DNA from: an uncultured Leptospirales bacterium
GTDB lineage: Bacteria; Spirochaetota; UBA4802; UBA5550
Direction: 5' to 3'
Length of the DNA stretch: 64,000 bases
Assembly: GCA_964529415.1 (NCBI GenBank)
Contig: CAZGWD010000003.1
Coordinates: 194,341-258,340 of the forward strand
Both the position numbers and the translations under genes were made by a program. Below, piece after piece: positions 56,321 to 64,000 of this stretch. The notes below the pieces were generated by a model, which was given only the letters and a program-made list of their open reading frames with translations, had not been told where the DNA came from and did no database searches. Numbering within the stretch: the stretch's first letter is position 1; each line of letters opens with the position of its first letter.

Positions 56321-56932
56321 CTATTTTTTTTCATTCTTTATGCAAATCCTTGGAAAAAACTTTCCTGTTCTTTCCCTGTATTCAATATATTCCCGGCCAA
56401 ACTTTTCTATTAATTCATTTTCTTCCTTTTTTGTCCTGATTATTCCTATGACTATAAAAGAGAAAACTGCAAGAAGTAAAAATATCCAGCTTTCAGTAAT
56501 TAAAAATAAACTAAAATAAAAGATAGTCCCAAGTGTATATAATGGATGTCTTATATATTTATATATTCCGGATGTAACAAGCTCATGTTCTTTTCTCGTG
56601 TCTACAGTATCTGTAATATTTTTCCCAAGAGATTTAAACATCCACAATACCAATGGCGAAATTATTAAAGCAAGCCCCACGCCGCTGTATCTTAAACAAA
56701 CCGGCAAATTTAATCTTGACCATTTTACTAATTCAGGATAAATAATATATGAAAGCAAAAAGAATAGAATAAATATGCCGAAAACAGATCTTGCGACAAG
56801 AATAACAATTCCTTCTTTTTTCCTATTTAGTTTATCCCCTGCTTTATTGGCTCGTCGGCGGAATACAGCTGAAGCAGAAAAAACTCCTATAACAAAAACA
56901 GTAAAAAAAATTCTTAGTATAATTTCATCCAT
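56321..56932 (-). CDS. Isoprenylcysteine carboxyl methyltransferase (ICMT/PEMT) family membrane protein
   Basis: HELVTSGIYKYIRHPLY, EENELIEKFGREYIEYRERT. Confidence 0.88.
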   Translation of the reverse strand: MDEIILRIFFTVFVIGVFSASAVFRRRANKAGDKLNRKKEGIVILVARSVFGIFILFFLLSYIIYPELVKWSRLNLPVCLRYSGVGLALIISPLVLWMFKSLGKNITDTVDTRKEHELVTSGIYKYIRHPLYTLGTIFYFSLFLITESWIFLLLAVFSFIVIGIIRTKKEENELIEKFGREYIEYRERTGKFFPRICIKNEKK

Positions 56933-57140
56933 AACACACCTCCATATTTTTTCTAAAGATTTTCTCCAGTCTTTTATGATGATATTTTAGAATTTATTTT
57001 TTCTGATTCTATGCAGGAATGTCCATTATGCAAGTAAAAAGTTATATAGAACACCCTGATATACAGGAGGCATGCAGCAGTTTTCATGAAACCATACAAG
57101 AAAAATTGCTGACTTTTTGTTTACAATCAGGAAATGATAA

Positions 57141-57842
57141 TTAAATTTTTTGTCTTTTAAAAAATATTCCTGCCAAAATGCCAATAACTATTAAAGCCAG
57201 CCAATTGAAAGATATAGCAGCAACTTCAAAACGATAATTTCTATCAAGTCCATACATGATAGAATAGAATATGAATGAAATTACTGTACCGATTGATGGA
57301 ATAATCAAAATCCATCTGATTGCATGTTCAATCCGGTTCCGCATTGGGAAAACAGGAGCCATAAAAAGTAATGATAGGCTCATCATAAAAAAACCTAACT
57401 CTTCCAGAGCAATAAATATGCCATGCCCATTATATTGTGAAAGCAGTGCTATTCCTTCAGTTTCCCCTTTCATAAAACTTATTGGAATTACTGCAAATTG
57501 AATAAAATAGTTAGATAATAATATTACAGAAGCTATTATTGAGAAAGAAATACCTATAAAGCTATATATTTTTTTCTCAGCAGAAGCTATATAATGAATA
57601 GAGATCATAAATATCAAATATATAAGCAGCTGGATAATGGCGCAGTACATCCAGTAATAATCTCTCGGATAATAAATAAGACTATCTGAAAATGGATACT
57701 CCATGCAATTGCCAGGACAATAGGGTCCAGACGGCGGTATTGCAGTCATTGCAAAGCCGAATGTGATTATAGTTATAACCGATAATAGAACAGACGAATA
57801 ATATCCTATTCTTATCACATTGTTATCACTTTCTGTTTTCAT
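57141..57842 (-). CDS. Hypothetical multi-TM membrane protein
   Basis: About six TMs; PPSGPYCPGNC loop; no function recognised. Confidence 0.7.
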   Translation of the reverse strand: MKTESDNNVIRIGYYSSVLLSVITIITFGFAMTAIPPSGPYCPGNCMEYPFSDSLIYYPRDYYWMYCAIIQLLIYLIFMISIHYIASAEKKIYSFIGISFSIIASVILLSNYFIQFAVIPISFMKGETEGIALLSQYNGHGIFIALEELGFFMMSLSLLFMAPVFPMRNRIEHAIRWILIIPSIGTVISFIFYSIMYGLDRNYRFEVAAISFNWLALIVIGILAGIFFKRQKI

Positions 57843-58050
57843 AATAAGAAATCCTTATCTGCTTTTTTATTACGATTAGATATTTATATAGGAAAAAAAT
57901 TAAGCATCATGCTGATAATAAAACATACTTAAACTTTTAACAAGTTAAAATCAACTATATTTCTTGACAACATGTCTAAATGTTTATTAAATTTTGAAGC
58001 GCGTAGGGCAGAATGGAAGGATCAGCAAAAATGCTTTTTAAAATCAGTTC

Positions 58051-59139
58051 TCAATCAAGCCCCCATCTCCTGGGAAACTGGTATCTGTTCATTTTGAATG
58101 TTTCCTCCTGGTACTTTATAACATCTGCATTCTGACCTAAATATTTCTTTCTGGCTTCATCAATTTTTTTTTCGCGTTCTTCACCGGTATAATCCGACAT
58201 TATCCGGCTTTTTTCACTATTGTATTTTTTACCGTTTTCCCAGGCTGCATCCTGCTGGGCATCTACTGTTTCCATTTCTTTTATTACATCATCCTTCAGG
58301 CCTATAGATTTCCGGAAATCCCTCAGGAACACGGTTCTATCATTTGATTCCATTTTATCCAGATTGAGCTGAACAGATTTTAAATTTAAAAAATCACTCA
58401 TCACTTCATAATTCCGGACCATGATCTGATTGTCAGTTTTGCCTGCGGCTTTATCATTCTCATCTGAATAAATATTTTTGGTTTGTTTTGTATATACATT
58501 CATTTTTTCGGTTAGTGATGAAAAAATTTGCCTGTCAAGTTTCTCAAGCACTTCCGACATCTGCTCGCGCGCAATTTCATTACCCCAAATTTCATCGCAT
58601 TCGGAACCGAATATCTCCCGCCTTTTTTCCAGCATCATTTCTCTTTTATCCTTTCGATCCATTGCATTGAGCCTGCTTCTGTTGTCTTTTAAATATTCAT
58701 TATAAATTTCCAGTTTATCAAGCTTATTCATCAACTCTGCGGAGTATTCCGGAAATTCTGATTCTAAAATTATTTTTATTCTTTCTTTCCAGTCATTTCC
58801 ATGTTTTTTTTTCAGGTGCCTGATCAGCCCTCCAAGTAATTTTATCTGATTTCTCTTAACCGATAATTTCCTGCCGTAACGTTCCTTCATTTCAAGTATT
58901 ACAGATTCCATAACAGGATCATCTTCAATTATTTTTTTCAGATCCAGTTTTGCATCGAAAACATGTGAAAACATCCCCCAGAATTTAAATTTATTCAAAG
59001 TGCTGATGTCATCCATGTTTTGATCTGATGTATTTGCTGTATCTGTATTATTTGTATTTATGAATTTAATTAGCGAAGCCAATGCCATAACAGCAAAAAC
59101 AGCAGCAATTACTAAAATCAGTTTTTTTCTACTTAACAT
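58051..59139 (-). CDS. Membrane-anchored all-helical protein, lipase-foldase (Lif)-like C-terminal half
   Basis: N-terminal TM; KRREIFGSECDEIWGNE and AWENGKKYNSEKSRI...EEREKKIDEARKKYLG resemble lipase chaperone helices (judged by eye). Confidence 0.5.
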   Translation of the reverse strand: MLSRKKLILVIAAVFAVMALASLIKFINTNNTDTANTSDQNMDDISTLNKFKFWGMFSHVFDAKLDLKKIIEDDPVMESVILEMKERYGRKLSVKRNQIKLLGGLIRHLKKKHGNDWKERIKIILESEFPEYSAELMNKLDKLEIYNEYLKDNRSRLNAMDRKDKREMMLEKRREIFGSECDEIWGNEIAREQMSEVLEKLDRQIFSSLTEKMNVYTKQTKNIYSDENDKAAGKTDNQIMVRNYEVMSDFLNLKSVQLNLDKMESNDRTVFLRDFRKSIGLKDDVIKEMETVDAQQDAAWENGKKYNSEKSRIMSDYTGEEREKKIDEARKKYLGQNADVIKYQEETFKMNRYQFPRRWGLD

Positions 59140-59161
59140 TTTTTTGACCCTGAAATAAAAT

Positions 59162-59199
59162 TAAATCAGCAAAGGCCTATTATGGCTTTTGCTGATTTA
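59162..59199 (-). terminator. Hairpin between the SGNH gene and the Lif-like gene
   Basis: TAAATCAGCAAAGGCC-N6-GGCTTTTGCTGATTTA. Confidence 0.6.
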
Positions 59200-59235
59200 T
59201 GTTGTATATTAAAAATCTAAAAAAGGTAAACTATG

Positions 59236-59955
59236 TTATTTATATGCATTAAGAGAAAGGAGTTTGGCCCATATTAAATCAGCTATAACTTTTCCTCCTG
59301 CATTGGTCGGGTGTATACCATCTGACTTAATATAAGAAGATTCTTTCCCTGCAAAAGAAGCACGTGGATCGATAAATGTAACTTCAGCCTGGGAAATTAG
59401 TGCTGCCTTAGCAAGTTCAACGTCAGCATACGCTACAGCTGCATTAAGTTTGGTTTTTCCATACATTAGAGTAGTCAATGTTCCAGCTTTAAGAGCATAG
59501 TATCCGGTATGAATGATATTATCAACCCCGTCATTGCCCATATCTGTCCATAGAGTTTCAACTGAATCCAATACTCCGTTAATATAGGCCTTGCATGCTG
59601 CTGATGGTGTTGTAGACGTTGTCTGGCAAGCCTGGCTCCAGTAAACATCCATTAAAATGTCATTTCCGCCTGCATCCATAAGTATAGTTTTAATAGTGGG
59701 ACGTGCAGCTATTGCGGTATTGTATTGTTTGGTTATATATGAAATTGTATCACCGCTTTTTGAGTAGTCTTTATATGACTTTCCGGAAAGTGTCTGCAGA
59801 TTATCATGAATAAATCCATCGAGATCGTATATGGAATCCCCGACTATAACAACATCAAATTCAGTTGCTGCAGGATTGTTCATATCTGCAATTCCGCATC
59901 CAATAGCAATAAAAGATGCTATAGCGATTAAACACACAAAAATAATTTTTTTCAT
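59236..59955 (-). CDS. SGNH/GDSL hydrolase lipoprotein
   Basis: Lipobox IAIGC; VGDSI block I, SKSG block II, GGND block III, DGIHP block V; GGAG RBS. Confidence 0.9.
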   Translation of the reverse strand: MKKIIFVCLIAIASFIAIGCGIADMNNPAATEFDVVIVGDSIYDLDGFIHDNLQTLSGKSYKDYSKSGDTISYITKQYNTAIAARPTIKTILMDAGGNDILMDVYWSQACQTTSTTPSAACKAYINGVLDSVETLWTDMGNDGVDNIIHTGYYALKAGTLTTLMYGKTKLNAAVAYADVELAKAALISQAEVTFIDPRASFAGKESSYIKSDGIHPTNAGGKVIADLIWAKLLSLNAYK

Positions 59956-60025
59956 TCTCCTTTTTCCTCCATATTTTATTATATAAATATTACAAAAAAT
60001 ATCCGCCTGTTTCCTATTAAAAAAA

Positions 60026-60035
60026 CGTCCGGACG
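60026..60035. promoter_or_regulatory. GC-rich palindrome upstream of the SGNH gene, candidate operator
   Basis: CGTCCGGACG perfect palindrome in very AT-rich intergenic DNA, ~70 nt upstream of the start. Confidence 0.35.
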
Positions 60036-60389
60036 GTTTGTTGTATATTATTAATAGAATATTTTTTCGGAAAATGCATCCGGATTCATAAATAATGATA
60101 AAAAAAAATATAGGAATTTATAAATTTTGAATAATTATCTAATAAAAGAGAATAAAATGAATTAATATTGTTGTTTATTGGAGTTTATTAATAATTTTAT
60201 ATTACTGGATTCCGAAAACTATTGATTAATGCTCTGAACAGTTATTTATAAATTCGGAATTATTTGCGTTGTATTCTGGTATTAGTTCACTCTTGAAATA
60301 AAATTTTGATTAAATTTATATATAATGGAAACTATATACGGTAAAAGAGAAAAACTTCACCGTATTTAGTTTTTAAGTTTTAAACTTCT

Positions 60390-61031
60390 TTAATTTAATG
60401 CAGCTTTAATTTTTTCATTATTCATTAACAACTCAATATCAATTTTTACCCTTGCAACCATTAAATCAAATGCCTGATGCAGAATAAATACAGTGCCGAG
60501 TGAATCTTCAAATTTTTGAGTGTTTGATCCTAATAATCTCATGTTTTTATCATAAATTTCAATTTCAAATTTAAACGAATAGGATGCTACTCCAGTCATT
60601 AAGATATCAAGCTTTAATTGTTTTATCTTTACCATAATATATTTATCATAAGCAGCAGATTTCATTTTATTGAGAGCTTCATTACTGTCAGCTGATGGAA
60701 CAGTAACAACGGTTTCTACTTTATATCCATTTTTCAATAATGCTTCTTTAAAAATCATTGATACATCATCACTAACCTGTTTCCCGCTTTTTGTATGTAT
60801 GTTTATTACATTTCCAAAACCTCCGCGGGTTGTTGCAATTACTTTTGGATCATATTCTTTTGAGAGAATATATTCTCTTTGATCAAGTGCTGAAATACAA
60901 ATAGCCGCGTTTCCTTTGGAATTAATTTCCGGATTTGCAAGATTAAGATGAATTTTATACGGTGATGCACAACTGGTTAGAATAATGAAAACAAAACCAA
61001 AAATTATAAATTTAATTGAATTCTTAAGCAT
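60390..61031 (-). CDS. Hypothetical lipoprotein (YajG-like alpha/beta pattern)
   Basis: Lipobox ILTSC; ISALDQR, RGGFG motifs; GGAG RBS. Confidence 0.7.
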   Translation of the reverse strand: MLKNSIKFIIFGFVFIILTSCASPYKIHLNLANPEINSKGNAAICISALDQREYILSKEYDPKVIATTRGGFGNVINIHTKSGKQVSDDVSMIFKEALLKNGYKVETVVTVPSADSNEALNKMKSAAYDKYIMVKIKQLKLDILMTGVASYSFKFEIEIYDKNMRLLGSNTQKFEDSLGTVFILHQAFDLMVARVKIDIELLMNNEKIKAALN

Positions 61032-61213
61032 GAATGGTTCTCCTTATTATTTTTTTCTTTTTATGAAAGACCGTAATAAAATAAAATATTTTTTTTGCAA
61101 GGCCTGCTCAATAAGAATCACAATGAAGCTACTCAGATGTTAAAAGCAACTATAATTCATAACTTTCAGTATGCAAATTGAAAATATTAATTAAATGAGA
61201 ATTTATACTACAT

Positions 61214-61606
61214 TCAATTTCCGCAGGAATTTCTGCAATTCTCATGGCAAGCTTTATTCAGATAATCGTTGTTTGCCTGAAAAGGTTTATTCCAGGATTT
61301 TCTGCATTTTTCACCGCATTCATCCAGGCATCTTTTTGTTCTACCTGTTTGTGCTTGAGAAGTTTGCCCCTGTTTTATTTTTTTCTCATTGTTAAATGAA
61401 GTGCAGGTTGCATTTTTATAAAGGGTACCTTTGTGCTCTTTAATGCATTGAAGTATAATTTCTTTTTCTGCGCCGTACAAATCCCTGCATACTACAGGCG
61501 AGTTAGTTGATTTTGAAAATATACAGGCTGCAGAATGCAGATTTGAATTATAAAAAAAAATTCCAGAAAGCATTAAGCTGATAATTAGACTATATTTTAA
61601 CATCAT
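61214..61606 (-). CDS. Small secreted Cys-rich protein
   Basis: Signal peptide; 10 Cys including two CxxxCxxxC triplets (CLDECGEKC, CHENCRNSC). Confidence 0.7.
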   Translation of the reverse strand: MMLKYSLIISLMLSGIFFYNSNLHSAACIFSKSTNSPVVCRDLYGAEKEIILQCIKEHKGTLYKNATCTSFNNEKKIKQGQTSQAQTGRTKRCLDECGEKCRKSWNKPFQANNDYLNKACHENCRNSCGN

Positions 61607-61642
61607 TTGCCTATTCCTTGTTTGTATATAATTATTTTATAA

Positions 61643-63571
61643 CTATTTCTTATCCCGCATTGCGCTCAGATCAATAAAATCAAGGCTTAGTTTCTTCAGT
61701 GTTCTTTTTTTCGGAATACCGTTTTTATCCCAGCCGCGAAGATTGTAGTATGCAGGGAGCATTTTATCAAGACGCACTATAGATTTTTTATTATTTATAT
61801 CAAGCGGATCATCAGTGAATCTTTTTGCAAGTGTATCCTGGGCTTTGCCAATTCCCTCACGGAGATTAAAAATTTTCTCCATGGTATAACCGCGTGCACC
61901 AGCCAGCATGAATTTTCCGAAATCCATTTTCATTCCAGTAGCATAATTCAGCGCTTTTGTATGCGGAAGCATTGGAATGTGAAATTTGAGAAGCCACTTG
62001 GGCATTCTATAAACAAAACGAATAAGCGGCCACGAGTGCGTCATCACCTGAGTAATTATGTCTGAAACAAGTTTACTTCCCTGTGCCTTGAATGCAATAC
62101 CAGGAACAAATGTCCATGATGTAAAAAGACAATTCCCCCCGGCGCTGATAACTGCAAGCAGATCCTGATCAAGTGCTGTCCATGATGGCTTTGACCTGTA
62201 ATGAAACTGCTTTAAATTTACAGGGCCTGTAACCTCAAAATATACCATGTATCCGCCGTCGAGATGGCATGCCCCTCTTGATGCTGTAGCATAACCAAGT
62301 CCGTGGCCCACTGCAGCTCTTGGTTCGTACGCTGCAAGTTCAAGTCCCTTTGAATGAGGAGCAAATTCCATTCCGCCGTATTTTTCCGATAAAAATCTAA
62401 CACCCTCAGCAAGATCTGCACCTATACCTTCTCTGCTGGCAATTTTTTTTAAAACATCAGAAATATTTTCCTTTTTGCCGAATTCTATACCGTTTTTCCA
62501 AATGCCCTTTTCATTTAATTCAGCAGCAAATCCCATAACAGTACCAGCTGAAATTGAATCAATTCCAAGATGATCAAGTTCAAGATTCCATCTGATGATA
62601 GCTTCCATATCATTTATAAGCATGTTAGAACCAAGCAGACATAGAATTTCGTACTCCGGACCTTTAACATCTTTTCCATCAATGTTAACAACACGGCCGC
62701 ATCTGATAGGGCATGACTGGCATCCGTAGTTTTTTACGAGAAACTTATCCGCAAGATACTCTCCTCCGATCAAATGCGCATCTTCATAAGTGCCCCTTGT
62801 AAAATTCTTTGTCGGAAGAGCGTTTTTCATTGATAAAACTGTTAAAAATCCTGCAGTGCCAAGACGCGGAGCCTGGTCGCCTGTTGCAGGGTGATTCTGC
62901 AGCATCTTAATCCATTTTTTAATATGCTCTTTATATTTTACAGGATCATTCAGCTCAATTTTTTTTGTGCCTTTAGCAACCATTCCTTTAATGTTTTTTG
63001 AACCCATTACAGCACCCATGCCTGTTCTGCCGTGACATCGCTCCTGTGAAACAATTATTGAATACTTCACAAGATTTTCACCAGCCGGGCCAATTGCCAT
63101 AGTGCCGTGTTCACCCATAGCCTCCTGGGCATCCCGGGTATTCATCCCCTTCATGCGGGCTGCATCTTTAATACTTACCTTGTCGTCATCAATTTCTATA
63201 TAAACAAGCTTTGGGGATTTCCCTCGAATTATAATTCCGTCCCATCCAGCCTTCTTTAAAAATATTCCGAAATTACCGCCGCTGTTTGAATGCCCGATCG
63301 CTCCGGTGAGAGGACTTTTTGCTGATATATCATATCTGCTGGAACATGGTGCATTAGTTCCGGTTAGGGGTGATGTCATTACAATAAGAATATTTTCTTC
63401 AGACAATGGATCAGTTCCAGGCGCAAGCTCGTCATAGAGTATTTTCGTGCTTAAATATCTGCCTCCGAGAAAAAGTTCACGGTCTTTATCGCTAACTGCA
63501 TATTCGCCGACAGATCCGATTGAGAGATTTATCTCAAGAATTTTGCCCATGTAGCCTTTGAATTTACTCAT
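61643..63571 (-). CDS. aor: Aldehyde:ferredoxin oxidoreductase family (W-bis-pterin) enzyme
   Basis: KSPLTG, IGPAGEN, GRTGMGAVMGSKN, CQSCPIRC, GPEYE, GIDSIS, RGACH, YYNLRGWDKNGIP. Confidence 0.88.
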   Translation of the reverse strand: MSKFKGYMGKILEINLSIGSVGEYAVSDKDRELFLGGRYLSTKILYDELAPGTDPLSEENILIVMTSPLTGTNAPCSSRYDISAKSPLTGAIGHSNSGGNFGIFLKKAGWDGIIIRGKSPKLVYIEIDDDKVSIKDAARMKGMNTRDAQEAMGEHGTMAIGPAGENLVKYSIIVSQERCHGRTGMGAVMGSKNIKGMVAKGTKKIELNDPVKYKEHIKKWIKMLQNHPATGDQAPRLGTAGFLTVLSMKNALPTKNFTRGTYEDAHLIGGEYLADKFLVKNYGCQSCPIRCGRVVNIDGKDVKGPEYEILCLLGSNMLINDMEAIIRWNLELDHLGIDSISAGTVMGFAAELNEKGIWKNGIEFGKKENISDVLKKIASREGIGADLAEGVRFLSEKYGGMEFAPHSKGLELAAYEPRAAVGHGLGYATASRGACHLDGGYMVYFEVTGPVNLKQFHYRSKPSWTALDQDLLAVISAGGNCLFTSWTFVPGIAFKAQGSKLVSDIITQVMTHSWPLIRFVYRMPKWLLKFHIPMLPHTKALNYATGMKMDFGKFMLAGARGYTMEKIFNLREGIGKAQDTLAKRFTDDPLDINNKKSIVRLDKMLPAYYNLRGWDKNGIPKKRTLKKLSLDFIDLSAMRDKK

Positions 63572-63591
63572 TGCTTTGCATCTCCAATTTT

Positions 63592-64000
63592 TTAAAAATT
63601 ATAACGGCCGGGTTCTATACCGAGAATTTTATCCATATTTTTTATAGTATTAAAAACAACAAGCATTTCGCTCTCGGAATATTCCTTCATATTACTGAAA
63701 ATTAATTTCAATGCATGATCTTCTATTTTTCTGACCATTTTTTTACCAGCTGCAGTTATTGTAACACGGACATTTCTTTTATCCAACTCAGTCCTTGCTC
63801 TTTTTACAAGAGTTCTTTTTTCAAGCTGATCCACCAGACGGGTTGCTGTAAAAACCTTGATTTTCATTTCTTCAGCTATATCGCTTATTCTCATACCATC
63901 AACGCGCTTTAACAGCTTCAATATATATATCAGATCGTATGAAAGATTAAACATCATTACCTCAACCTGCTCGAACTGATAGAATGTGCGGAGAAGGTGA
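63592..64000 (-). CDS. MarR-family regulator, 5' end probably outside the window
   Basis: ISDIAEEM...TATRLVDQLEKRTLVKR...DKRNVRVTITAAG; the frame stays open upstream of ATG 63957 to the window edge. Confidence 0.85.
   Translation of the reverse strand, partial: HLLRTFYQFEQVEVMMFNLSYDLIYILKLLKRVDGMRISDIAEEMKIKVFTATRLVDQLEKRTLVKRARTELDKRNVRVTITAAGKKMVRKIEDHALKLIFSNMKEYSESEMLVVFNTIKNMDKILGIEPGRYNF

Noticed and set aside
1-64000. Prophage, IS/transposase, integrase, tRNA/rRNA, CRISPR-Cas or anti-phage defence genes
   Set aside because: No such motifs recognised in any ORF or intergenic region; the remaining short ORFs in the track overlap confidently assigned genes.

Overview
AT-rich bacterial chromosomal window. 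Spirochaete-like lipoprotein signals and a tungsten AOR-family gene suggest an uncultured spirochaete-type (facultative) anaerobe; this is inference only. No rRNA, tRNA, CRISPR array or transposase is visible. Layout: (1) 1-11.6 kb, an extended phosphate locus: partial metallophosphoesterase, beta-barrel porin, arsC, membrane PAS/HATPase_c_2 kinase and pstS, divergent from pstCAB-phoU-phoB-phoR, with 11-bp-period Pho-box-like repeats upstream of several genes. (2) 11.65-27.2 kb, a minus-strand operon encoding a 2820-aa single-module KS-AT-DH-cMT-ER-KR-ACP-TE synthase (animal-FAS / fungal HR-PKS domain order), an Sfp-type PPTase, a 1925-aa single-chain BC-BCCP-CT carboxylase and an unannotated 59-aa membrane ORF. 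(3) 27.5-30.3 kb, a membrane protein, a radical SAM/SPASM enzyme with a long unexplained C-terminal domain, and a 154-aa protein ending in Asn16-Gly with mixed codons (candidate new RiPP / protein-modification system). (4) 30-64 kb, mixed genes: K+ channel, hybrid kinase, TspO-like protein, acyl-CoA synthetase, hydrolases, a TetR unit with a perfect double operator, a MORN protein, a secreted 13x17-aa Cys/Gly repeat protein, two-component genes, Cus-type RND efflux, coaE, an SGNH lipoprotein with a lipase-foldase-like partner, AOR and MarR. A diverged ~140-bp non-coding inverted-repeat element occurs twice (pstB-phoU and cusB-cusA), both times in the same orientation relative to transcription. 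All assignments come from reading motifs by eye; no searches were run.
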